Below are positions 22,611 through 32,396 of a DNA stretch of 64,000 bases, piece by piece. The notes beneath the pieces are model-generated. The model was given only the letters and a program-made list of their open reading frames with translations, did not search any database and had not been told where the DNA came from. The translations under genes were made by a program, and so were the position numbers. Positions within the stretch are counted from its first letter, which is position 1. Each line of letters begins with the position of its first letter. The DNA lies in contig DASUVS010000031.1 of the NCBI GenBank assembly GCA_036378835.1, positions 7,002 to 71,001 of the forward strand, given 5' to 3'. This stretch comes from Candidatus Binatia bacterium. Its GTDB lineage: Bacteria; Desulfobacterota; Binatia; UBA9968.

Positions 22611-23618
22611 ATGGGAAAGCTGATTAGCATTATCGGCGCTGGCGGTTGGGGCACCGCGTTGGCCACCGTCTTGGGGCAGAAGCGGGCCCGCGTAAACTTG
22701 TGGTGTCATGGCGCACAGACCTATCGTGAGCTAAAGGAAACGAGGCAGAACCGCAGTTACTTATCCGAGATTATGATCCCGGATACGGTGAACGTGACCC
22801 GCTCATTGGTTGAGGCAGTGACGGATGCGGAACTCGTCTGCTGCGTCGTGCCGTCGCACGCGGTACGGCCGGTCATCAGCGAGGCCGCCTCTCATATCAA
22901 TTCGAAAGCGGTGATCGTCTGCGGCACCAAAGGATTGGAAGAAGAAACTTCTAAAACGATGGGCGAGGTTTTACTCGAAATCTTCGGAGAGGGCGCCGCA
23001 CAAAGACTAGCATTCATCTCCGGGCCGACCTTTGCAATCGAGGTCGCTCGAGGATTGCCCGCGGCGCTTACCGTAGCCGCGTATTCCGAAAACATCGCCG
23101 CCGAAATCCAAGCACTTCTGAGCACCTCGAGCCTACGGGCCTATACCTCGAAAGACGTGATTGGCGTGCAAATGGGCGGAGTGATCAAAAATGTAATCGC
23201 AATTGCTGCGGGTATCAGTGACGGCTTGGGATTAGGGCATAATGCACGCGCGGCATTGATTACTCGAGGCCTAGCTGAAATGACGCGATTGGCCATTAGA
23301 ATGGGAGCCGAGCCGTTGACCCTGGCTGGTTTGCCGGGAGTCGGCGATCTGCTCCTCACCTGCACCGGTGGGTTGAGCCGAAATCGTCAGGTCGGGTTGC
23401 AAATCGGCGCCGGCAAGAGCCTTGAAGAAATAAGCCACGGGTCGCGGATGGTGGCGGAAGGCGTTCGCAATGCTCGATCGGTCTATTTCTTGGCCCAGAA
23501 GCTGGGCGTTGAAATGCCGATTGTCGAGCAAATGTACCGAATCCTTCATGAAGGCAAGAAGCCTGCAGAGGGCGTTCAGCAACTAATGCAGCGTTCCCTT
23601 AAGGCTGAACGGGCCTAA
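22611..23618 (+). CDS. gpsA: NAD(P)H-dependent glycerol-3-phosphate dehydrogenase
   Basis: 'IIGAGGWGTALA' Rossmann motif and GpsA-like sequence throughout. Confidence 0.9.
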   Translation: MGKLISIIGAGGWGTALATVLGQKRARVNLWCHGAQTYRELKETRQNRSYLSEIMIPDTVNVTRSLVEAVTDAELVCCVVPSHAVRPVISEAASHINSKAVIVCGTKGLEEETSKTMGEVLLEIFGEGAAQRLAFISGPTFAIEVARGLPAALTVAAYSENIAAEIQALLSTSSLRAYTSKDVIGVQMGGVIKNVIAIAAGISDGLGLGHNARAALITRGLAEMTRLAIRMGAEPLTLAGLPGVGDLLLTCTGGLSRNRQVGLQIGAGKSLEEISHGSRMVAEGVRNARSVYFLAQKLGVEMPIVEQMYRILHEGKKPAEGVQQLMQRSLKAERA

Positions 23619-23825
23619 ATTGACAATGCCAAGACTGTATGATTCAAATAGCTTAGCCGCGAAAAGTCCACTCTGGTTGGTAGTGCCCGATCGCGTTTCG
23701 CTCATGTTTTTCGTTCAATCTGCCGTGAATTGTTTTTTATGCCGAGCGGATTTTTCTGATGCGGATGGAACCAACTGTGGCCATTCTTCTAATGTCCTGA
23801 TTTAGTCAACGGAGCAAAAATCGTC

Positions 23826-23987
23826 ATGAAGAGAACTTATCAACCAAGCAATATCAAACGAAAACGGACACACGGATTTTTGGCTCGGATGGAGACTCCC
23901 GGTGGCCGTAACGTGCTCAGACGCCGTCGCGCCAAGGGAAGAAAAAAACTGACGGTAACCGTGCCGCCGAAACGAGCCAGAACCTAG
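23826..23987 (+). CDS. rpmH: 50S ribosomal protein L34
   Basis: Not in the ORF track because it is under 60 aa. It translates to [44 protein letters not shown]…, the canonical L34 sequence, directly upstream of rnpA. Confidence 0.95.
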   Translation: MKRTYQPSNIKRKRTHGFLARMETPGGRNVLRRRRAKGRKKLTVTVPPKRART

Positions 23988-23989
23988 AC

Positions 23990-24355
23990 ATGCCGATTGC
24001 GGTCGGAGCGGGTTTTCCTAAACAAGCCCGCCTCAGGAAACGACCGGAATTCATCCATCTCTCGCGCTCCGGTAAAAAGCAACACACCGCCAACTTCGTA
24101 ATCATTACGAGAGAGACCGATCGATCCGAAGCCCGCTTGGGAATTACCGTTAGTTCGAAGGTGGGCAATGCGGTGGTTCGCAATCGAATGAAGCGATTGC
24201 TACGGGAGTGCTTTCGACAGTGGAATCATCAAATCGTGCCGGCCCGGGATATACTGATCATAGCTAAACCGGGAGCGGCCAAGCTCTCGTTCTTACAGGT
24301 GGCGAGCGAAATCAGTCGGTACGTTACCGATAGCCGGATTTGCAAGCGCTCATGA
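23990..24355 (+). CDS. rnpA: Ribonuclease P protein component
   Basis: 'RLRKRPEF…', 'GITVSSKVGNAVVRNRMKRLLRE', and position after rpmH. Confidence 0.9.
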   Translation: MPIAVGAGFPKQARLRKRPEFIHLSRSGKKQHTANFVIITRETDRSEARLGITVSSKVGNAVVRNRMKRLLRECFRQWNHQIVPARDILIIAKPGAAKLSFLQVASEISRYVTDSRICKRS

Positions 24356-24573
24356 TAGGATTTTTTCCCCAGGTCATGATCGGTATCTTGGGTGTCTATC
24401 ACCGATTCATTTCGCCATTCTTGCCGCAAGCATGTCGCTTCTTCCCAAGTTGTTCTGTTTACGTCGCACAATCGATTTACAAATATGGATTGATAAAGGG
24501 AGCATCGCTTGGCGTGAAACGGCTTAGCCGTTGTCATCCCTGGCACCCGGGCGGCTACGATCCGGTTCATTAA
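24340..24573 (+). CDS. yidD: Membrane protein insertion efficiency factor YidD
   Basis: 'YHRFISPFLPQACRFFPSCSVY…RCHPWHPGGYDPV'. Confidence 0.9.
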   Translation: MQALMIGFFPQVMIGILGVYHRFISPFLPQACRFFPSCSVYVAQSIYKYGLIKGASLGVKRLSRCHPWHPGGYDPVH

Positions 24574-24584
24574 ATAATCTTATA

Positions 24585-26201
24585 ATGGAAAAACGCGCTT
24601 TTTTAGCGATAGCTCTTTCTTTATTGGTTCTGGTGCTTTATCAGGAATGGATTAGCCGGCAATACCCGGCCCCTCCTCCGCAATCTCCGGCAGAGCAGAA
24701 GACAGAAGCCGGAAAGGCTCAAACTGCTGATTCGGTTACTCCACTACCGCCCGTCGAGATCAAGCCGGTGCCCACACCGGCGGGAAAACCGATCGAAGAC
24801 ATTCGCATCGAAACCGACAACTACATTGCTCTGTTTACCACCCATGGCGGGCGCCTGAAAAGTTTTAAATTCAAGCACTATCACGCTACTTCAGATCCCA
24901 ACAGCCCGCCGTTCGAGATGATTGCGACGGTACCGGGAGTAGCTTATCCCTTAGGAGTTAAGTGGAGCAGCGCGTCGCCCGCGGATGATGCATCGGTTAT
25001 CTATGGAGTTGATGGCGGCGACCTTAAACTCAGCGGCGAAGCCAAAGGAACGCTTACCTTCCAGGGAACCGCGCCGGATGGAGCGACCGTCACCAAGAAG
25101 CTGACTTTTTCCGGAGCGCAGTACCCGATCGAACTGGAGATTAGCGCCAGATCTGCAAATGGCAGCCCTCTGGCGCCCGCGACTTTGCTCACTGCTCCCG
25201 ATCAGCATGGGAAACCCAATCCCGAGGCGCCGTTCGAGGGGCTTCTCACCGTTGTCGATAATAAGATCAAGCGCGAACACGTCACCGATGAGCTGCGGAA
25301 AGGTAAAAATTTTTCCGGCCAGCTTTCCTGGGCTGGATTCGGATTTACCTATTTCATGATGGCGCTGGTGCCGGAGAATGGCGCAGGCTACCGAGTCGAC
25401 GTGCAACAGTCCGGGCCCGCTCTGATACTCACAGTCGCTGAGCCAACCGGCAAGCCCAACCCTAGTCAGTATACCTTGTTTGTCGGCCCGAAAGAGTTGA
25501 GCATTTTGGAGTCCATTGGCAAGGGGATGGAAAAGGCCATCGACTTTGGCTACTTCGGATTCATCTCAATTCCGTTCCTATATGTCCTGCATTTTTTTCA
25601 TCAGTTTACCCGCAGTTATGGAATCGACATCATTCTTCTAACGGTGCTGCTCAAGTTATTAACTGCGCCGCTGACGCACAAGAGCTATGCTTCCATGAAG
25701 CAGATGCAAAAGCTTCAGCCACAAATGGAACGGTTGAAAGAAAAATATAAGGACGATCGGGAAAAGCTGAACAAGGAGATCATGGAATTGTACCGGCGCA
25801 ACGGGGTCAACCCTCTCGGAGGTTGCTTGCCGATGGTCGTTCAGTTTCCAGTTTTTATCGGTCTCTACAACGCGCTCTACATACCCATCGAGCTGCGCCA
25901 TGCGCCGTTTCTGTGGATCAACGATCTTTCCAAGCCCGACTGGCAATCGCTGCCATTCGAGTTTGCCGGTTGGCATCTGGGCGTTCCCGTGCTTACGATA
26001 CTGATGGGGGCGAGCATGTTCATGCAACAGTGGATGACCCCATCAGCGGGAGACCCGAATCAGCGAAAGCTGATGCTGATGATGCCGCTGATATTTACCT
26101 TTATGTTCGTAACTTTTCCGGCGGGGCTAACTATCTACTGGCTAGTCAACAACGTTCTTTCGATCGCCCAACAATGGTGGATTAATCGCAGCGTGAAGTA
26201 G
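24585..26201 (+). CDS. yidC: Membrane protein insertase YidC
   Basis: N-terminal TM 'MEKRAFLAIALSLLVLVLY', a periplasmic domain, and a C-terminal 60-kDa IMP core ('NPLGGCLPMVVQFPVFIGLY'). Confidence 0.93.
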   Translation: MEKRAFLAIALSLLVLVLYQEWISRQYPAPPPQSPAEQKTEAGKAQTADSVTPLPPVEIKPVPTPAGKPIEDIRIETDNYIALFTTHGGRLKSFKFKHYHATSDPNSPPFEMIATVPGVAYPLGVKWSSASPADDASVIYGVDGGDLKLSGEAKGTLTFQGTAPDGATVTKKLTFSGAQYPIELEISARSANGSPLAPATLLTAPDQHGKPNPEAPFEGLLTVVDNKIKREHVTDELRKGKNFSGQLSWAGFGFTYFMMALVPENGAGYRVDVQQSGPALILTVAEPTGKPNPSQYTLFVGPKELSILESIGKGMEKAIDFGYFGFISIPFLYVLHFFHQFTRSYGIDIILLTVLLKLLTAPLTHKSYASMKQMQKLQPQMERLKEKYKDDREKLNKEIMELYRRNGVNPLGGCLPMVVQFPVFIGLYNALYIPIELRHAPFLWINDLSKPDWQSLPFEFAGWHLGVPVLTILMGASMFMQQWMTPSAGDPNQRKLMLMMPLIFTFMFVTFPAGLTIYWLVNNVLSIAQQWWINRSVK

Positions 26202-26222
26202 GCCGTTAGCGAGGTACATTGT

Positions 26223-27035
26223 ATGGATTACGTGGAAACCGAAGGGGACAGCATCGACCAGGCAATAGAAAACGCCCTGACCAGTCTCGGGGTTGAGCGT
26301 GAGAGAATCAGCATCGAGATATTGTCGGAAGGAAAACGCGGTATTCTTGGTTTTGGCACCCAAAAGGCGCGGGTTCGGGCGTCGCTAAGAAGACCGGCCG
26401 TTGAAACGAACCACCTCGAGCCAGCAGCCGAGCCTGACGTTGTCGCCAGTATATCGCCCGAGCCCTTAAGTGACGCGGAAACAGCCGCCATTGGCGAAAA
26501 GGCCAAAGTTGTTCTGAGTGAGATCTTGAAACGAATGGGGATCGAGGCGGCGGTGCAGACAAAATCCGGGGACAAAGCGGACGAGATCGTTCTGGAAGTG
26601 ATCTCTGATGATAGCGGCCTGCTGATCGGTCGCAAAGGTCAAACTCTGGAAGCTTTGCAGTACCTAGTGACACGCATCGCCGGTGACCGGCAAGGAAGCG
26701 AAGGGCCGCACATCCTCGTCGATATCGAAAATTACCGGCAACGCCGGAAAAAATCGCTCGAAGACATGGCGTTGCGCCTCGGTGAAAAAGCCAAACGACA
26801 ACGAAAAACGGTAACGGTGGATGCTCTAAGCGCGGCTGATCGGCGCATTGTTCATGCCGCGCTGCAGGACGATCCATGGATTACGACCAAAAGTCTTGGC
26901 CAAGGGTCCTATCGACGGCTGCTCATAATTCCGGAGGGGGATCGTAAGCGGAAAGAAGAGTTGAAGTCGGTCGACAAACAAGGTTCGAGATCTCAGAGCA
27001 ACATTGACAGGCCCGGCCCTGCCCGAACCTCCTGA
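26223..27035 (+). CDS. jag: RNA-binding protein Jag/KhpB (Jag_N, KH, R3H)
   Basis: Jag_N-like N-terminus, KH 'LLIGRKGQTLEALQYL', R3H-like 'RRIVHAAL', and position after yidC. Confidence 0.85.
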   Translation: MDYVETEGDSIDQAIENALTSLGVERERISIEILSEGKRGILGFGTQKARVRASLRRPAVETNHLEPAAEPDVVASISPEPLSDAETAAIGEKAKVVLSEILKRMGIEAAVQTKSGDKADEIVLEVISDDSGLLIGRKGQTLEALQYLVTRIAGDRQGSEGPHILVDIENYRQRRKKSLEDMALRLGEKAKRQRKTVTVDALSAADRRIVHAALQDDPWITTKSLGQGSYRRLLIIPEGDRKRKEELKSVDKQGSRSQSNIDRPGPARTS

Positions 27036-27086
27036 AACGTTCGCTGACTCACGCTTGCCTCTGTTCGCCACCGCAACGTTCAATCT

Positions 27087-28223
27087 TTGATTGACCGCTC
27101 GGTGTCAGTTTCCTATAGTGAACCCGTGATCAAACGTCGCGCAACAAGACAGATTCAGCTTGGTAAGGTCAAGGTGGGCGGAGACGCGCCGATTACCGTG
27201 CAGTCAATGACCAAGACGGACACGTCCGATGTCCGCGCCACCGTGCACCAAATATGGTCCCTGGAGGCGGCGGGTTGCGATATCGTCCGCGTTGCCGTGC
27301 CAGTGCGCGCGGCAGCGGAACAGCTCGCCGAGATTAAAAAGAAAATCCGCATTCCTCTAGTGGCCGATATTCACTTCAACTATAAACTAGCGCTGATTGC
27401 CTTGGAGCAGGGTGTCGATGGTTTACGCCTCAACCCCGGCAATATTGGCGCGCGCCGCTATGTCGAGGAGGTGGTCAAGCTGGCCGCCGAGCGCAAGACT
27501 CCGATTCGTATCGGGGTCAATGCCGGGTCTTTGGAAAAAGATTTACTAGATAAAGCCGGCGGTCCAACCGTCGAGGGCATGGTCGAGAGCGGGTTGCGCC
27601 ATATCCGCATATTAGAGGATTTGAATTTCTCCCAGATCAAGATTTCACTTAAAGCGTCAGATCCGCTGATGATGATCGAAGCCTACCGAATGCTCGCCGA
27701 TAAAGTGGATTATCCGTTTCATTTGGGTGTGACTGAAGCGGGTACGCCGACGGTTGGCACCATCAAATCCGCGGTGGGCTTAGGAACTCTACTCGCTGAG
27801 GGCATTGGTGATACGATACGCGTTTCCCTGGCGGCCGATCCCGTCGAAGAAGTGCGGGTCGGCGCCGAGATTCTAAAATCCTTGGGTCTGAAAAAAGAAG
27901 GTTTGACCTTCGTCGCTTGTCCTTCCTGCGGTCGAGCGGATGTCGATCTCGTGGGCCTCGCCAAAGCAGTTGAAGAACGGATGATTCCTTACAACAACCT
28001 GAATATCCACGTCGCGGTCATGGGCTGCGAGGTCAATGGCCCGGGTGAAGCTCGTGCTGCAGATCTGGGGGTTGCCGGCGGCAAAGGCATCGGCCTGCTG
28101 TTCAAGAAGGGTCAGGTAATCCGCAAGGTGCCCGAAGCTCGCATTGTCGATGCCCTCATGGAAGAAGTGCAGAAGTTCGCCGAAGAGAAAAAGGCTGAGC
28201 AGTCTGCCCCGGCCGACGATTAG
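27087..28223 (+). CDS. ispG: 4-hydroxy-3-methylbut-2-enyl diphosphate synthase
   Basis: 'ITVQSMTKTDT', 'LRLNPGNIG', and the C-terminal Fe-S cysteines 'ACPSCGR…MGCEVNGPGE'. The start codon is uncertain. Confidence 0.93.
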   Translation: MIDRSVSVSYSEPVIKRRATRQIQLGKVKVGGDAPITVQSMTKTDTSDVRATVHQIWSLEAAGCDIVRVAVPVRAAAEQLAEIKKKIRIPLVADIHFNYKLALIALEQGVDGLRLNPGNIGARRYVEEVVKLAAERKTPIRIGVNAGSLEKDLLDKAGGPTVEGMVESGLRHIRILEDLNFSQIKISLKASDPLMMIEAYRMLADKVDYPFHLGVTEAGTPTVGTIKSAVGLGTLLAEGIGDTIRVSLAADPVEEVRVGAEILKSLGLKKEGLTFVACPSCGRADVDLVGLAKAVEERMIPYNNLNIHVAVMGCEVNGPGEARAADLGVAGGKGIGLLFKKGQVIRKVPEARIVDALMEEVQKFAEEKKAEQSAPADD

Positions 28224-28264
28224 CCGGTTCGTCCAACAGTCTCACCTTTGGTCCCAAGGATTAT

Positions 28265-29998
28265 ATGCGCTGGAGTCAAATACTCATTCCAACCCTCAAG
28301 GAAGATCCGTCCGACGCGGAAGTTATCAGCCACAAGCTGCTCGTGCGCGGCGGCTTTATCCGCCAAGTCAGCCGCGGCATCTACGACTATTTCCCGCTCG
28401 CTTTAAAAGTCATTCGCAAGATAGAAAACATCGTCAGAGAAGAAATGGATCGCGCCGGCGCGCAGGAGCTATTGATGCCGATCGCTTCGCCCGCCGAACT
28501 CTGGCAAGAAAGCGGCCGCTGGGACGTTTACGGCAAGGAACTGATTCGCTTCAAAGATCGCAACGACCGAGACTTTTGCTTGGGCCCGACCCACGAGGAA
28601 ATTGTTACCGACCTGGTGCGCCGCGCCGTGCGATCGTATCGGGAGTTGCCGTTTAATCTTTATCAAATCCAAACCAAATTTCGCGATGAAGTGCGGCCGC
28701 GCTTCGGCCTTATGCGCGGACGAGAGTTCATCATGAAGGACGCCTATAGCTTTCACACCGACATTGACGACTGCAAGCGCGAATACGAGAACATGGTTGT
28801 GGCCTACCGGCGCATTTTCGATCGCTGCGGGCTAAAGTACCGGCCTGTGGAAGCCGACACCGGCGCTATCGGCGGCAGCCTGTCCCATGAATTCCAAGTC
28901 CTCGCAGAATCAGGCGAAGACGCCATTGTGAGCTGTAATAATTGCGACTACGCAGCGAACCTTGAAAAAGCCGCAGTCAGGCCCCAGCGAGCGGCAGCGC
29001 GCGATCTTAACATAGAGGCGCCTGGTCTTCAGAAGGTCTCGACTCCGGGAAAAAAGAGCGTTGCCGAGGTCGCTGAATTCCTCAAGCTTGCGCCCGAGAA
29101 GTTTATCAAGACAATGATCTATCAAGTCAACGGTGATGAACTGGTAGCGGCTCTGGTGCGCGGCGACCATGAGATCAACCAGGTCAAACTACAAGCGGCG
29201 CTGGGCTGCCGTGAAATCGCGCTTGCCAGTGAAACAGCCGTTGTCGCGGCAACCGGTGTCACCCCGGGCTATCTAGGACCCATCGGCTTGAAACTGCGAA
29301 CCATTGCCGATCTTTCCGTTCAGTCGATGCGCGGCGCGGTGACGGGAGCCAACGAACCCGACGCTCACTATATCGAGGTCGATCAGGAGCGTGATTTTAC
29401 CCCGACGACTTTTGCCGATATCAGACTGGCGCTAGCCGGAGACCATTGCCCCCGCTGCGACCAAGGCCGGCTCGAAGCCCACCGCGGCATCGAAGTGGGA
29501 CAGGTGTTTTATCTCGGAAAAAAGTATAGCGAATTGATGGGCGCTACTTATTTAGATGCCGAAGGCCGCGAGCGTCCTATCGAAATGGGTTGCTATGGTA
29601 TCGGCATCAGCCGCTTGGTCGCCGCCGCTGTCGAGCAGAATCATGATGACAATGGCATTATCTGGCCGTTATCGATTGCACCGTTCCAAGTTTTACTACT
29701 GCCGATCAACTATACGGACAATGCGACGAGAGAAGCGGCCGACGTGTTGTATGGGGAATTGCGCCAGCGCGGGCTCGAAGTGCTTCTCGACGACCGGGAT
29801 GAACGGCCCGGAGTCAAATTCAAAGACGGTGATCTAATCGGAATCCCTTTGAGGATTACCATCGGCGCCAAAGGATTGCAGAAAGGCAGTCTCGAATTGC
29901 GCTGGCGTCGTGAAGGCAAATCGATAGACATACCGGTTACTGGAGCCGCACAAACGATTCACAGCCATCTCAGCAAATCGTTCCAGCAAACGACATGA
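28265..29998 (+). CDS. proS: Proline--tRNA ligase (bacterial type with editing insertion)
   Basis: 'MRWSQILIPTLKEDP…SHKLLVRGGFIRQ', class II motifs, 577 aa. Confidence 0.95.
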   Translation: MRWSQILIPTLKEDPSDAEVISHKLLVRGGFIRQVSRGIYDYFPLALKVIRKIENIVREEMDRAGAQELLMPIASPAELWQESGRWDVYGKELIRFKDRNDRDFCLGPTHEEIVTDLVRRAVRSYRELPFNLYQIQTKFRDEVRPRFGLMRGREFIMKDAYSFHTDIDDCKREYENMVVAYRRIFDRCGLKYRPVEADTGAIGGSLSHEFQVLAESGEDAIVSCNNCDYAANLEKAAVRPQRAAARDLNIEAPGLQKVSTPGKKSVAEVAEFLKLAPEKFIKTMIYQVNGDELVAALVRGDHEINQVKLQAALGCREIALASETAVVAATGVTPGYLGPIGLKLRTIADLSVQSMRGAVTGANEPDAHYIEVDQERDFTPTTFADIRLALAGDHCPRCDQGRLEAHRGIEVGQVFYLGKKYSELMGATYLDAEGRERPIEMGCYGIGISRLVAAAVEQNHDDNGIIWPLSIAPFQVLLLPINYTDNATREAADVLYGELRQRGLEVLLDDRDERPGVKFKDGDLIGIPLRITIGAKGLQKGSLELRWRREGKSIDIPVTGAAQTIHSHLSKSFQQTT

Positions 29999-30768
29999 CC
30001 TCCAAACTGGAACTGCTCCGCGCACGGCGGCCGACGCGCGAGCGTCTGATTGTCGCTCTCGATGTCGACGATCTCAATCAGGCCAAGGACTTGGTGCAAG
30101 CGCTTGCCAGTGAAGTGGGCATGTTCAAAGTCGGCAAGCAGCTGTTCACTCATGCTGGGCCGCAAGCGGTGCGCCTGATTCAAGAGCTTGGCGGCGAGGT
30201 TTTTCTCGATCTTAAATTTCACGATATTCCCAATACGGTAGCCAAAGCGGCCGTGGAGGCTACTCGCATGGGCGTCAAAATGTTCAACGTTCATGCTTCC
30301 GGCAGTCTCGAAATGATGCGCATGACCGTCAAAGAAGTACGGCGCGTATGCCGGCAGGAAAAGCGACGCAGGCCGATCATGCTGGCCGTGACGGTGTTGA
30401 CCAGCCTCAATCAAGACGATCTCAAACGGGTAGGCATCGACGGGCGTGTGGCTGCTCAGGTGGTGCGCTTGGCGTTGTTAACCAACGAAGCGGGGATGGA
30501 CGGCGTGGTTGCGTCTCCGCACGAGGTCCGAGCTATTCGGGATTGCTGCGGCCGGCGTTTTATCATCGTTACTCCCGGCATCCGTCCGGCGGACAGTAGC
30601 CGAAACGATCAGCAGCGCATCATGACGCCTGCGGCTGCCGTCAAAGCCAGCGTCGACTATATTGTCGTCGGACGTCCTATTCTCGAGGCCAAAGATCCAG
30701 TTGCCGCCGCTCGCTCGATCGTCACCGAGATGAAATCCTCCAGTAAGGAACCTGTCGGCGTCAGCTGA
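29995..30768 (+). CDS. pyrF: Orotidine 5'-phosphate decarboxylase
   Basis: 'LIVALD', 'FLDLKFHDIPNT', and an ATGA overlap with proS. Confidence 0.9.
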   Translation: MTSKLELLRARRPTRERLIVALDVDDLNQAKDLVQALASEVGMFKVGKQLFTHAGPQAVRLIQELGGEVFLDLKFHDIPNTVAKAAVEATRMGVKMFNVHASGSLEMMRMTVKEVRRVCRQEKRRRPIMLAVTVLTSLNQDDLKRVGIDGRVAAQVVRLALLTNEAGMDGVVASPHEVRAIRDCCGRRFIIVTPGIRPADSSRNDQQRIMTPAAAVKASVDYIVVGRPILEAKDPVAAARSIVTEMKSSSKEPVGVS

Positions 30769-30817
30769 TTGGAATCTCGTCAGCGATTCACGTCGCTTGC
30801 TGGATTTGCGCCCGACA

Positions 30818-31618
30818 TTATTTTCCCCAATAACGAAAGAAGTGATGCACTGGACCATGGCCGCTTCCGACCGGAAAGCCTTTGCGGATGGCTGCGGTGA
30901 TGTAGGTTTTGGCATGCATGATAGCGCTCTCCAGCTTCTCACCTTTGGCTAGATAGGCCGCAATAGCGGCTGACAGTGTGCAACCGGTGCCGTGGGTATG
31001 AATCGTTCGGATACGCGGAGTCCGAAACTGGCGGAATTTTTTGCCATCGAAGAATAAATCGGTGGCCGGTCCGCGCCGGTGGCCGCCCTTGATCACGACA
31101 CTCTGGGCGCCCGAGTCGACGATTCGTTGCGCCGCCCGGCGGATGTCTCTGGCATTGGCAATCGTCAAGCCGGCCAATTGGTTTGCCTCGAGGATGTTCG
31201 GCGTGACCACGGTCGCGATCGGGAGCAGTTGCGAACGAAGCGCGCTGACGGCGTTTTTTTCGAGCAGCAGGTCTCCCGAAGTCGCCACCATCACCGGATC
31301 GACCACTACGTTGGCCAGCTTGTGGGCGCGAAGCTTTTCCGCGATGCATTCAATGATCGCCGCATTGGCTAACATGCCGGTCTTTACCGCGTGGGCGCCG
31401 ATGTCATCGATGACCGCATCGATTTGCGCCGCGACAATTTTTGGACTGAGCTCGACAATGGCGGTCACTCCCACAGTATTTTGCGCGGTAATCGCGGTAA
31501 TCGCCGAAGTCCCATAAACTCCCAGCGCGGCAAACGTTTTCAAATCAGCTTGGATTCCGGCGCCGGCTCCCGAGTCGGAGCCGGCGATGGTTAGAGCTTT
31601 GTAGATTTGCGTTTTCAT
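30818..31618 (-). CDS. thiD: Hydroxymethylpyrimidine/phosphomethylpyrimidine kinase
   Basis: 'ALTIAGSDSGAGAGIQADLKT', 'VVDPVMVATSG', 'GTGCTLSAAIAA'. The ATG at 31618 is preferred. Confidence 0.92.
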   Translation of the reverse strand: MKTQIYKALTIAGSDSGAGAGIQADLKTFAALGVYGTSAITAITAQNTVGVTAIVELSPKIVAAQIDAVIDDIGAHAVKTGMLANAAIIECIAEKLRAHKLANVVVDPVMVATSGDLLLEKNAVSALRSQLLPIATVVTPNILEANQLAGLTIANARDIRRAAQRIVDSGAQSVVIKGGHRRGPATDLFFDGKKFRQFRTPRIRTIHTHGTGCTLSAAIAAYLAKGEKLESAIMHAKTYITAAIRKGFPVGSGHGPVHHFFRYWGK

Positions 31619-31744
31619 TGATCGGCATCGTAGCAAAGCTCACAGGAAGTTACGATGCATGTGAAAGGAGCTTCAGCATAGCCGGATGCGCGATTCAAAC
31701 CCACCTCAATCTGCGTGACGCTCGGGGCACGGAGCCGACGCAGC

Positions 31745-31830
31745 TCGATTGATATGAACCTTTTTGTTCAATCGTTCGTAAACATTTTCTACGAACGGCA
31801 ACTTTTGTTCCATTCGGGTCGAACACGTTA
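31745..31830. repeat. GTTCAA-family intergenic repeat with 8-bp hairpin core
   Basis: 'gaacctttttgttcaatcgttcgta aacattttc tacgaacggcaacttttgttcc'. The perfect stem is CGTTCGTA/TACGAACG (31773-31797). Confidence 0.6.
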
Positions 31831-32315
31831 GATACAAATCCTAAATTTTATGCGGTTAATTCGCAGTCCTGTTTCCTGCAGCTCCTGGCACATGCGTTGC
31901 TTTTACGAGCCAGTAAGAGGTCATCGAGTCAAACTGCACGACTGTCAAACGAACGAAAAAGGTTGTGGTTTATGAACGAATTTTTACTCCTGGCATTGGT
32001 CGCCATCTATCTCACAATCTCATATCCGCCCAAGTCCAAACAGCCCAACAGCAACGATAGCGAATGGACGCGGCGATTGTTCGCTTTTATCGGAAAGAAA
32101 CGCGCTTGACCTTGCCCTCGGGTTTGAGTCAGCGAGATCGTGGTATCATACGGATTCGATAGACCAAGAAAGCTCCAGCTTCCCTCCGTTCTGAATCCTG
32201 TTCTTAATTCCATCTTTCGTTTTGCTGCAGACTAGGTTCCCTGATATGAGCCGATGAGCGATCCGGAGTTCTCCGGACTCCTGAGATTCATCTTAGCGGC
32301 AAAAAGGTCTATCTA

Positions 32316-32343
32316 ATAGGTGAGGCAAAATAGGTGAGGCAAA
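32316..32343. repeat. Perfect 14-nt tandem duplication ATAGGTGAGGCAAA x2
   Basis: Read directly from the sequence, 54 nt upstream of the phosphohexomutase start. Confidence 0.9.
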
Positions 32344-32396
32344 CGGCTAATCAGCCGCGGCCTGAACGGGTGCGCTGGTGAGCGGGAATTCTACCA

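Noticed and set aside
23619-23825. Promoter (TTGACA at about 23623) or DnaA boxes upstream of rpmH
   Set aside because: TTGACA is present, but no acceptable -10 lies at 16-18 nt spacing, and there is no TTATCCACA-like box.
31619-31760. Possible TPP riboswitch upstream of thiD
   Set aside because: The minus strand has weak resemblance (…ATTGAGG…GGGTTTGAATCGCGCATCCGGCTATGCTGAAGC…). It lacks a proper CTGAGA block and the complementary CCGG/CCGG helix of the THI element, so I cannot support it without a covariance-model score.
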